DNA of 64,000 nt, taken from NCBI GenBank assembly GCA_028534125.1, contig CM052816.1, positions 69,938,001-70,002,000 on the forward strand. The letters are read 5' to 3'. This DNA is from Lama glama (Eukaryota). This document shows positions 37,200 through 48,317 of this stretch, in pieces (position 1 is the stretch's first letter; every line of letters begins with the position of its first letter). The position numbers were made by a program, and so were the translations under genes. Below the pieces are notes generated by a model. The model was not told the DNA's origin and made no database searches. It saw only the letters and a program-made list of their open reading frames with translations.

Positions 37200-40100
37200 A
37201 AGCCCAGGCATGTGTTTTCTTGTCTTCTTTATATGAGAATTTTGCTGATTCTCTTGTTTTTCTAATTTTAATTTTGTTCTCTACTGTTTGGGAAGTTGAT
37301 TTCATGGGCTGATCATTTAATGATTCCTTTAAATGGACTAATGGTTTTAGAAATCCATTCTCTGTTGGGTTAGAAAAGACACAAAATCTGGTTTGTTAAT
37401 CTTTTCTATTTGATCTCAAAAAAAATGAAGAAGTTGTAATCACTGAGAAAAGAACAGTTCTTTGGTATGGACCTTGAGTATTTTAATTCTATGTTTACTA
37501 TTAACTCATGGCTGAAATTTTAGAATTGAAGTTATAAATTCTTTGTGTGACTATATGTCTATTAATTCAGAAAGGTCTTTTCTTATTATGTGTTTGGGTA
37601 AAGTTTTTCTACCTCCAGATGAAATTAATAGATATAAAATCTCTTTAAGAGGTTCTGTTCTAATTGGCTTACAAAGAATACACATGCTTTTGTAAGTGGA
37701 ATATTCCTAAAATAAGGAAATTAAACTTCTAATATTTTCAATGTGCTAGATTTAAAAAGTATTCTTATAGAACCTACAAAACACTTAAGAATTCAAGTTC
37801 AGATAATATAAGTAAACTTTTGGCAAATGGCAAATCTAATAATTTTTGTTTAATAGAAACAGCTATATATAATGTAACACAAGCACAGAATTTTACTCTA
37901 CTTGAGTATGTTCTTTCTAAACTTACACAAGTTTTCTAATTGAATAAGCTGACATTATTTCTGTTTAACGTTTACAATTCTGCAAAATATAAATCTGTTT
38001 ATCCACAATGATTCATTATTCTGACAATTTTATATTAATGTTTTGTGGGATGTCACCTTGAAAATGGATTTCCAAGAACCTGAGTTAACATAAAACCTTA
38101 AATATTAATGAATATTAGAAACCGAGATCATTTCTGCAATAAAATACTGAGCCATTAATTACTAAAAAAAATTTATATACTTTTGCTTCTTATTTTTATA
38201 TGCTGTAGTGAGGCTTTATCTTTGGGCTTGTTAATGGACATGTTCATTTTTGCCACTTGGAGAAGCTGGACTATAAAGAATGCACACAGTTGTGGAAAGT
38301 TGTGTTATGTGTATTTATGAGCTTTGCTAGTCTATAAAATGCTTACGTGTAACAGTTTTCAATTGATCTCTGTTTCTTCTATGAAATCAAAGTAAATTTG
38401 GTCAAAGAAATAATGTATATATAAATGAAACTCTACTGGTAGCAATGGTGGCAGAGAGGTATAACTCTGTATGCAAGGTAATGAGATGTGTTCTTGTTTA
38501 CTAAGGGGAAAGAGAATAGTTAGGTCCTAAAGTAAAACAACTGTTTCAGAATGAGAAAGAATGGTGAAGGACAAAATCTGAATGGGTACAGAAAGTTATG
38601 TAAGATTTGCAAAAAGGAAATTTTATTTGCCTTAGATACAGTATATCTGAAAAATAAGTCTGAAAATCTACAAAGTGTGTTAAAATCTTAGCAAGGTTTG
38701 CTCAATTTTGATGGGCTTGTTTCATTATTTCACCTTCACCTACAATGTAAACGGTAATTCTTTTTGTCTAATCTGCCTAGACTGCAAAGATTCTGTGGCT
38801 TAGCAGAATAACTTTATCTGCTTTATGCTAATTTTAAGTACTTGATGACTTATGTCAGAGCTCATGTTCTATACAGTTATGTTAACTTCTGCGTTTATGA
38901 GCTTTACTGTCACTTTAAAATGAGCAGCCAAAAAGTCTCTCAGGCATCCATGACCCTATTCTTTCCTAAATGTTCAAATCTATTGAAAATTTTTGGTTTT
39001 TGCCTCCCCCAAATCAAATTCTAAATGTAAAATAAAATATTCAGAATGTCTTTGCACCTAAAATCATCTCTTTGATTTTCCACAGGCTCTCTGGGGAACC
39101 TCAAAGATGTAGTCTTTCAACTCTGTAAAAAGAGAGGTGCTAAAAATAATTAGTTTTATTTGATATGTTACAAATGATGAGCTACAGGGGAAGAGTTGTC
39201 AAGTCAGAAGAGATGCTTAACCATCCTGAGGTTAAATCTATATATGGATAAAATGTAACTAGTGTAAGTATTTCACAAATTGTTGCTATAATGCTAACTA
39301 TAGAGGTGTGTCAATACCCTCACTGCCCTTGATAGGTTTTAGTTACCTGAGTTCTGGTGCTGCTTTGCCTGTTACAGAAAGCAGTATAAGTTATCAGTCA
39401 CAATTTCAGTTAGTTACTTTTTAAAATCTTAACTTAGTTGCATCTTTACTTCTTTAGTTTGGCTCTTCTATACGTCACCTGGGAACCCATATCACATATC
39501 TATGACGTTTTATTAATATACAGATGTTTAGGACCTGCCCTAGACTTACGGAATCTTTTTACTTGATATATTTTTGTTATATTCTTATATGTTTGGTATA
39601 TTCATAGTACATTATGGCTCAGGATTATTCTGTCACATGAAGATCTTTCTCTCTGTAAAGATTATATTCATCTGTTTTTATAAACTAGATGAATATTCAT
39701 TGTTTTCTTTGAAAACAGGCTTAACTGTGTACAGTTGTTTTGTCTATAACATTTTTTGGAATGCCTTTAAGTTGTATTATCCTTGTTATGATCTCCTATC
39801 ATATATTCCACTTTTGAAATTCATCAGTAAATGCTAACTAAATCCATTTTAAGTCTTTTATCATTTATGGATAGGTTTTTAATTTTACTCTACTACTTCC
39901 CTAAGAATTCTTCCAAACAGCTACAGGCAGAGAGCTTTGTCTTCAACAAAAAAGAGACCGTCTCAGAGCCCTGTGGAGAAGGACTATTTTAGGTACTTTT
40001 GGGTACAGGCTTCTGATGGCATCACTTAAACAATTATAAAACCGTATGAGTGGACTGAAGACAGAATTTCTAGGACTCTACTTAAGAAGCAGATACATTT

Positions 40101-40790
40101 ATGATCCAGTGAAATAAAAATTAGTTATATAGGACTGAATAAGTTGATGAGGTAATTCTAGCTTTTGTTTGGAATATTTTTGATACTGTTTTTAACGTTC
40201 TATTTCCTGGACGTGTAAGGAAGTTCTTTCCCTTTCCTCCTGAGGTAGCTGTAACTCATTACAATTTAATAGAGTTTGATATCTTATTCTCCCTACATGA
40301 TCTCTACAGGATTCAAGAACTCTGGTTGAATATTCTGATTTTCATGGCAATACAGTTATATGTACATGTTATGTTCAATCAACATGTATATGTTCAATAA
40401 CACTATGTCTTCCTTTTTATTAGAGCATAATTGGAAACAATGGTTATGTAACCAAAACCTTATCTGGAATGGCATGCTGAGTATGATGCTCATTTAATCA
40501 GGTATGACCAAACATTTCTAAGGAATTAAAGTTCACTTTATGGAGCCAATGCTTCCAAAGTTCTTCCAGGGAAAGTAGTCTGGCACGAGGGCTTACAAAG
40601 TTCTCTAACATAGTAAGGAACCTTACAATATTTTGGGTCTTTGAGAAGGAAATAATTTGCCCGATTTAAGAGGTACCACAGGAGAAATCTGGTGGCAAGT
40701 TACTGGGTTGACTTCCCAGAGACTTTGAAAAATCCAATTTGAGATTCCTTATGAAATTTTCAGCAAAGCAAACTTACGAAGGTTTATGTG
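37200..40790 (+). mobile_element. Non-coding ERV1 internal sequence (MER4/MER34 group, AT-rich)
   Basis: A long T-rich stretch with MER4-int-like motifs (GGACTGAATAAGTTGATG, TTGGAAACAATGGTTATGTAACCAA, GAGATTCCTTATGAAA) runs directly into an LTR at ~40790. No gag/pol ORF is recognisable. The start is approximate. Confidence 0.5.
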
Positions 40791-41113
40791 GTAAAGAGCC
40801 GCAGAATATGCCACCTCAACATGTGCCTCTTTGTTTACTGTTTCTTAAAAAATAGCCAGCTCAAGATGATCTTTATTGCCAAAGGAAAAATCTCTGAAAA
40901 CAGAAGTTGCCCTTTTGTGAGGGACATTTACATTTTATAAAGGAAATTTCCATTTGTAAGGGTGTCTCCCTCCCTGTAGCAGAAGAGGAGGGATGACTAA
41001 AACTCTAGAAACTAATCAATGAACTTAAATCTACTTACAACCATACCTTTGTTTATGATACTTTGCCTGATAACCTTCCATAACTTCCTGCCCACAATAT
41101 CTCTTGTCTTTAA
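40790..41113 (+). mobile_element. MER34-like LTR, 5' part only
   Basis: GCAGAATATGCCACCTCAA...ACATTTACAT...TCCATTTGTAAGGGTGTCTCCCT...ATACCTTTGTTTA...CCTGATAACCT. Homologous to the reverse complement of 41270-41614. Confidence 0.7.
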
Positions 41114-41614
41114 CAGGAGACAGTATTGAAGGACTAAGAAACTGACATGAGAGAAATGAACAGCAGAAAATCAGACAAAAGTTTAATAACAAATATGCAT
41201 GAGACCGACCCAGGAGAACTGAGTAATTCACCAAAATTGCTGAAGCCCTCACCTTACAAACCATCCTCAGCTAAAGACAAAAGGGGATGTTGAGGGCTGG
41301 AGAGCCTGTTCTGTGAGGTTATCAGGAAAAGAATAGTAAACAAAGGTAAGGTTGTTATGCAGATTTAAGTCATTGCCTTCTCCATTGATAAGAGTTTCTG
41401 GAGATAAGGCCATCCCCCTCTTCTGGGTACAACCAGGGAAACAGCATTACAAATGGAGATTTTCCTTACAAATGTAAATGTTTCTTACAAATGGGTAGGC
41501 TTCTGCTTAGTTTTCAGTTTTCCCATATCTGCTGTTTCTTGGAAAATAATCAGCTTAAAATAATCAATATGCCAAAGAAATATATTTTGGGGTGGCAAAT
41601 TCTGCTCCCCTACA
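41114..41614 (-). mobile_element. MER34-like LTR, near full length
   Basis: The reverse complement begins TGTAGGGGAGCAGAATTTGCCACCCCAAAATAT and contains ATTAAA near its 3' end. Confidence 0.75.
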
Positions 41615-42992
41615 GAGTAAAATAAATACTTTAACCAGCATTTTAAATCTATATGAGGGTTACGATTCTTACCTTTGTTTTGAAAGTTGTCTTTTAATAC
41701 ATATAAAGATGTGAGGTTAAGACCCCGATTAGAAGGTTTAAGTTAGGTGGAAATCCAGACCTTGCTGATGGTGTCCACTTCTGGGAGAATTCTAAATTTT
41801 GGGCTGCAACTCTAATTATCTCTTTATTTTCCTGAATTCAGGGCCCAAACTGTCTGCTTCCTTCCCTGCTTCTCCCTTCTATTACTTCAGTGGTGGGTTT
41901 TCCTCCCCAATAGACCCACTATTGCAGTTTCATAGCTCTGTAGTCCTATTCCTGAAGGAAACTCTCCTCTATTTTAAGAATTTCAAAGAGTTTTTACAGC
42001 TAACAACAATGAGAAAAACACAGGGGGTAAAATGACATACCTGAGGAAAGTCACAAAGTTTCAATTCAGATCAAATGGTGGGGGGAGCCATTTCTGGTTT
42101 CATTAGCATGCAAATAGAGGTAGACCCTAACCTTCTTAGGGAAATTTTCCACAGCTTCTACCTCCCCTTGAGCATGCAGCTTCTTTCTCCTCCCCTACTC
42201 TGCCACCCCAACATGAAACAAGGAAAGACAAAAGCCACATGGTGAGAAAGGTGGGTCTCTTCATACACAAACAACTAAAATAAGGTTCATCTACATTTCA
42301 GAGGAAACCTCAGATAACCTTTCTTTGTAAAAGAAAGAGGATCTTTGAAGACTTCCTCTGGAATATACACTGAGGAGCTCAAAGGCAAACCTTTAGGATG
42401 AGGCTCTGGGGTTAAAACCAAAAGACACAGGGGTATTTATATTTTCTTTACTTTGTGTCTGCTGGGGGAGGGAGAAGAGGTGGGGAGTGTGGTGGGGGGT
42501 GGGGAAGAAGCCATGGGAGAGCATTCAGTCTCGTCTTCTATCCCACTCCCCAGTTCACAGAACCAGCTTCCACAGGAAGTGAAGTAAGGTGAGAAGGAAG
42601 ACCCAGGCAGAAAAGACAGAAGCAGAAGGGTAGTTGGAGCAATCAGCAATAGCAGAAAAAAACTCTTTTTAGTCTCAGAAATGAGGGCATTCTTATGTAA
42701 AAAGATGGACCGACACAATACCTTATTTGATCAGGAAACTGAAAATAGGTGATTAACAAGGGTTTTATGATATGATATAGGTATCTTTTAGCTATTTCAT
42801 TTCATTGTTATATGTAATATAAGACTTTACACTTATCCTTGATTCACACTGGAGAACAGAACAGCATTTCTTAAGTAATAAAATGTGAACTTTTCAAAGA
42901 TAACGGCCTTCTTATTTCTTATGTTCACCATAGAATATAAATGAAATATTTAGAATACATATATTATCTTATATAGACTGAAGTACTCTAGA

Positions 42993-43255
42993 TCAGTTCC
43001 GTCCAATAGAAACAATGTGAATCATACATAGAATTTTAAATTATCTAAGACATTTTTAAAAATGACTAATCATTATTTTCCTAGCCCAACATATATATGA
43101 AATATTTTCATTTTAATATGTAATCAATATAAAATTATTAGAGATATTTAATGCTTTTTTATACTAAGTCTTTGAAATCCAATGTATATTCTATACTTAA
43201 CAGCACACTTCAGTTCAAACTAGACACACTTCAAGTGCTATGGCCACATGCTTCT
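42993..43255. mobile_element. MER33-like hAT MITE
   Basis: GTCCAATAGAA...ATGTAATCAATATAAAATTATT...ACTAAGTCTTTGAAATCC...CAGCACACTTCAGTTCAAACTAG...TGGCCACATG. Confidence 0.7.
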
Positions 43256-44402
43256 CTATATTAATTTTTAAGAGCTACCAGCAGCATCATATGGAGAAAA
43301 CACTGAACTTGGAAACTAGAAACTTGGGCCGTATCTGATTGATATTAGTCTTGTTTTATTAACTTCTCTAGGTCTCAGTATCCTTTTAAAAAGAAAAAGT
43401 TTAGAACAAATAACATATAGCTTGCACATAACTCAAATTATAAAATGATCATCTTAAGTACACTGGAATATACTTCAAGTTTCTAAGTATTAATAAACTC
43501 AGGATAAGCTAAACTATATTAACTTGACAAAATTTATTGGTTGTATTTTGTAAATACTCAAATACAAGAAATTGCTAATTGTGCTAATCATTCTACTATA
43601 ATTTTTTTTCCAGATTTCACTTAGAGGGAATTAACAGTTATTCTAAAAGATAGAACAAGTAGCCAAATTAAACTGATTTAGGGAAAAGCTTAAAACATGA
43701 TCTGGAGAATAATTTCTAACATCACTAAATGTACTGTTCAAATTCACCGATATTTATTGAGCACATTAAAAAAGGAAGATAAATGATACTCAGGGTGTTT
43801 TCCCTGGTAGGTGCTTATAATTCAGTAGGCAGGGTAAAATATTACAGTTTGAGTAAGAAGACTATGCCTTATTTAACTAATGATCCCCAGAACCTAGCCA
43901 CCTGTGCTGGCATGTCGCAGGGTGCTCAACAGTGTATGAATGAATGTGATACAAACAAAGTAAAACACAATACCATACTAGTTGTAAGAAAGGAACAAAT
44001 CAACCAGTCTGGAAGTTAAAGGGAAGAGAGAGCACATTCATTTGGGGGTGGGAAAAAGGAATCAGGAAGAAGATTAACATTTAAAATGTATTTTGAAGAC
44101 TAGGTTGAAGTTCACAGGCAGGGATAAAGATGAGAAAGGGAACAGCATGAGGAAGGTTGTAGATGGAAGAAAGTAGATAGCAGGTTTGGGTATAAGGGCA
44201 GAAAGGACAGTTGAGGCATAGTGAAGTTAGTGCTTATATTGTGATGAACTTGAATTATCACTAAAGTACTAACCTATCAGTTAAGGAGCATATCTATTAA
44301 ACTTAGGCCTTTCAAGGTGTTTGAATAGAGTATTTTGGGTTTATAAAAATGTCAGAGAAGAAAGGGTCTCAGTATTCAGGTAATACATATAACTGTTTAG
44401 AC

Positions 44403-44540
44403 CAGGGGTCAGTAAATATTTCCTGTAAACAGCCAAACAGAAAATATTTTTAGACTCTAGGGGTCACATGGTCTCTATTACAACTATTTAATTCTACTGT
44501 TAGAGCTGAAAAGTGGTCATAGACAATATATGAATGAATA
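44403..44540. mobile_element. MER58A-like hAT MITE fragment
   Basis: CAGGGGTCAGTAAA...CTGTAAACAGCCAAACAGAAAATATTTT...CATAGACAATAT. Confidence 0.7.
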
Positions 44541-44554
44541 TAACTTGAAACTTG

Positions 44555-44740
44555 CTCACTCACTCACAGGTATATGGCCTTGATAATGCTACTTAATGTC
44601 TCTTAAACATCAGTTTCCTTGGACTATAAAATGGGAATAACTGTCCCTGCTTCATAGAGCTGTAGTGAGAATTTTTAAGAATGAAAAGCACTTAGCATAG
44701 TGACTAGCTCATGATTTAACTGTTTATGAATGTTACCTTT
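44555..44740 (+). mobile_element. MIR SINE
   Basis: TCAGTTTCCTTGGACTATAAAATGGGAATAA...TCATAGAGCTGTAGTGAGAATT...AAAGCACTTAGCATAGTG. Confidence 0.75.
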
Positions 44741-46439
44741 AGCAATGATGATATCCATTACCTGACTCTGAAAGAGAATTATAAAGCATTAAAAGTGTTT
44801 TCTACAAAGCAACTGGTTCTGGAAATCTTGTTCTTCATTGTAATGATACTCTACAGGGCAGTCTTTTATGTCAAGGGAGATGATGGTCATAACTTTTTCT
44901 TTTAAACCATTTAAAAGTAAAGGAAATGAGAAAACTAAGGAGATGAAAGGTAGGTTATTCATTTTCAGAGTAGTCCAAGTGTACAAATTATCTTTTTGTG
45001 TGGTAGTTGTACCCTAACCTCCTATTTCAAGATACTACTGCAAGGTGAACATTTAATGCTTATAAATGAATTGCCAGATTTTACTCTCAACACAGAATTA
45101 TCAAAACATTTTTCCATCTAACGCATATGCTGCATAAGGCACTGGGCTAGATAGTACAGAAATAAAGATATAGATGAGCTGCTCCATGGGCTTGACATCC
45201 CTAAATCTATAGTTTTTGAGCGTTACCCAATCCAACTTCTCCTTTCAAAGATGAAGAAATAATATTTATCAAAGTCAAAGGTATAGTGAAATACAAATAC
45301 AACTTGCTCAAGCTCTCCTGTTGGGTAGACAATTATAGAATAAGAATCCTAGTTACTAGCCTCTTAATCCAACAGTCTTTACATATTAGTGCTTCTGAAT
45401 CATTTCTTTTTAATGCCTTAACTTACCAGAACATTGGTTCACACAACCTTAAACAGCACTAGCTCAGAACAAAATGTTTGGTTTGGAGGGGAGAGGGGCA
45501 TCCATTTGTATGCCCCACCACCACTATGTACTTACCCAAGAGGAAAGAATGGAGGGGATGCTGGGCAATTTGGAAAAGACCCTCCACCCCATGATTCTGT
45601 ACCACTTTAATGTTGTTCATTTAGACTTGCCACCACAATAGCTATGGAAATAGGACTTACCTATTTAAAGACATATATTGCAAAATGTTAAATAAATGAG
45701 ACATCCTCGAATTCAAGGGTGGAATAATCATTGAGGATTTTCTCGGGGAATAAGAGTGGCTTCAAATTCTTGAGTAGAGGAGAATATTTTAGAAAATCCA
45801 TAATTTCACCAGATAGCAAGTGTCCATTATATAGGTTTTATGCTAAGTGCTAGAAACAAAGCAGTGACTAAGGTCAATATAATTTCTGTTACCTTGTAGG
45901 TTAAGATTCCTGATCCACTGTTAGTCTACAGTTTTATAAGGTACCATCCACTAATCTTTTTCAAGTTACACAGTCTATTGACTTTGATAATGTGCCTCAA
46001 TTCTCACTTCCTCGGGAGACAGAAATCAGACTGGAAAAACACTTGATTTCAACAGTGGCAGTGATTAGTTCACACCTGCAATTCACATGGCAACTATAAT
46101 CACACAGTCCTTGTGCCCACTCAGAGACTAGCCAGCTATTTAACAGTTTAATTAGACTTCCTGTTATTAAACTCACGTTACAGACATTTTCAAGGTGTCA
46201 GACATGAAATATGGCAGGCAGCAAAAATGAAAAACATTAACAGAACTATTGTTGATAAGCTATATTATAATTTGTAAAAGAGCAATGTAAATGTGAAATT
46301 AAAATAATATTTTAAAGACTATGACTACTTTGAGAACAATTATGTAATTCAAAAATTTGGAAACTGCCAAAAAAGTGTCCACAAGGAAACGCACTTATAA
46401 AATCTTTTTCTTTTTCTTTAATTTTAGAAGTCTACCACT

Positions 46440-46550
46440 GGGGCTCAGAGTATAGCTCAGTTGGTAGAGTACATGCTGAGCATGCACGAGGTACCTGGTT
46501 CAATTCCTAGTACATCCATTTGAAAAGGGGAAAAAAAAACCCCAAAATAA
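46440..46550 (+). mobile_element. tRNA-Ala-derived SINE (camelid vic-1-like) with A-rich tail and TSD
   Basis: A box TAGCTCAGTTGG, B box GGTTCAATTCC, anticodon-arm-like CATGCTGAGCATG, then CCA and an A-rich tail. Flanked by AAGTCTACCACT (46428-46439) and AAGTCTACTACT (46551-46562). Confidence 0.85.
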
Positions 46551-47866
46551 AAGTCTACTACTAATAAAATAAACTGATGATATACTATTATATACTTAAC
46601 TATATTCTAAGCACTTTACTTTTATTAACTCAATCCTTCCATTCCTTCCTGTACAAAGTCATACAAATAGAGATCTGCTATGGATTCAGACCCAGGCAGT
46701 TTGGCTTCAGCCTTAATCACAAGCTATATAATAGTAATTTGGGATGAAAATATTTCAGACTATTTATAGTGCTTTCACATTTATGTGTCAAATATGTTAG
46801 ATAACACTAATAATCTTTAACACTCATTTATTACTGCCTTATAGTAATAATGTACTTAAATGGGCATTATCTTATTCAAATAATTTGACCAAAGAGAACA
46901 ACAAAATGCAGCAGGTACAAATAAATGCACAGGAGTGCATTTAAATCCAAGAGAGAAACAGCAGAAATAATAGGTAGAGGGAGGTAAGGGTCAGAACTAA
47001 TAGTTACCAAGTATCTATTATGTATCAGGTACTGGACTAAGTACACCTTGAGATAAGGACCATTATTTCAACAATGAAGAAACATTAAATCCACGATGAA
47101 ATTAATCCAGAATAACGTAGCTTCGAGTGGCATAGTAAGAATTAGAATTCACACTGGTCTGCCTCCATTCACTACTGAACAGCAGAAAATGAGCAAAAAA
47201 AGACATTTTGCACTTTTGTTGACAGCAAGACCAATACAGGCCAATAGTTTTAGGTGGCTACCTCAAAAGCTAATATACTCTTAAGCTGTATTAATATCAT
47301 TGTAGAGGTGAGATTATGCTTGGTACTAGATGCATCATGTCTATAAAGGTGGCAAATGTAGACTTAGGGCTCACATGAAATTTTAGAGGGAATATGATCA
47401 TAATAACTATTTTCAAATAACTGAAAAGCTATTAGGTAGAGTAACAGACATGAGATTTTGGCTGAAAGTAAGAAAATAATAAACAGAGATGTCAAAACTG
47501 GAATAGGTTGCCTTATGAAATGTTTAATTACAGTTTAAAAACCAAATGTTAGTGATTCTGCAGAGGGAGTCGTAAACAAGGTAGGAGTTAGACAAGTAGT
47601 TTTATTCCCTGCCTCTACTTCAAATTTAGAGCAGTTTGACTTTTACATGTTACATGTGCATGTCCTCTTAGATTTTTTTAGGGGGGAGAGGGTATGTTCT
47701 GATGCTGTAAAAAAATAAAATCTAAAAACCACTAGATTAGATACACTGAAAGACTTCGTTCAATTTAATGACAGTCAGGGAGACAGAATGTGATTAAGGT
47801 TAAGAACATAAAATCATATCTTGATTTTATCATTGTCAAAGGAAAATAAAAACAGACCAAACTTAC

Positions 47867-47940
47867 CATTTTTTTCTGCAAAGGCAACTGCATCTTCTTT
47901 AGTACTGAAAGTTAGAACCATGTTGGACAAGGGATCAGCC
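47867..47940 (-). CDS. NDUFS4: NDUFS4 exon 4 (74 bp)
   Basis: Translates (T)[24 protein letters not shown](G). Acceptor TTCTTACAG|GGC, donor AATG|GTAAGT. Phases fit exons 3 and 5. Also visible inside ORF-track entry 47814..48002. Confidence 0.98.
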
Positions 47941-48317
47941 CTGTAAGAAATAATTTTTTTTTCAGAATTTAACATTAAGCTTTTGCTGAAAACACAAATC
48001 AATATTTAAAATAAAGTAAAATGTTTAGAAAACAAACCATCACTATACTATCAAATAAGTACACTACTGATGAAATTACTTATTTTAAATAATTCCTTTA
48101 AAACTTAACTGTCTGAATATGTTTTTCTGTGTTAAATCTGGGAGTTTTTTTTTTAACGTATTGTCAAATTAAAAATCTGTAATTGCAAAAACATTCAGCA
48201 ATGTTTAGTCTCTAGAACCATTTATTCAACTTAAGAGAAAAAAGAAAGAAAAATTAGAGTAGGAAAAAAAAAAAACCCAAGAGGAATTTCAAACTAACCT
48301 TATAAATTCAGTACCAA

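Noticed and set aside
37200..40790. Intact or coding endogenous retrovirus
   Set aside because: No gag, pol or env ORF, and no recognisable 5' LTR or primer-binding site. Only decayed non-coding internal sequence remains.
42464..42505. G-quadruplex-like G runs
   Set aside because: Two loops are 8-9 nt, the runs lie on the strand not present in NDUFS4 RNA, and such tracts are common.
46440..46518. Functional tRNA gene
   Set aside because: The acceptor stem pairs poorly, and the A-rich tail plus TSD indicate a retroposed SINE.
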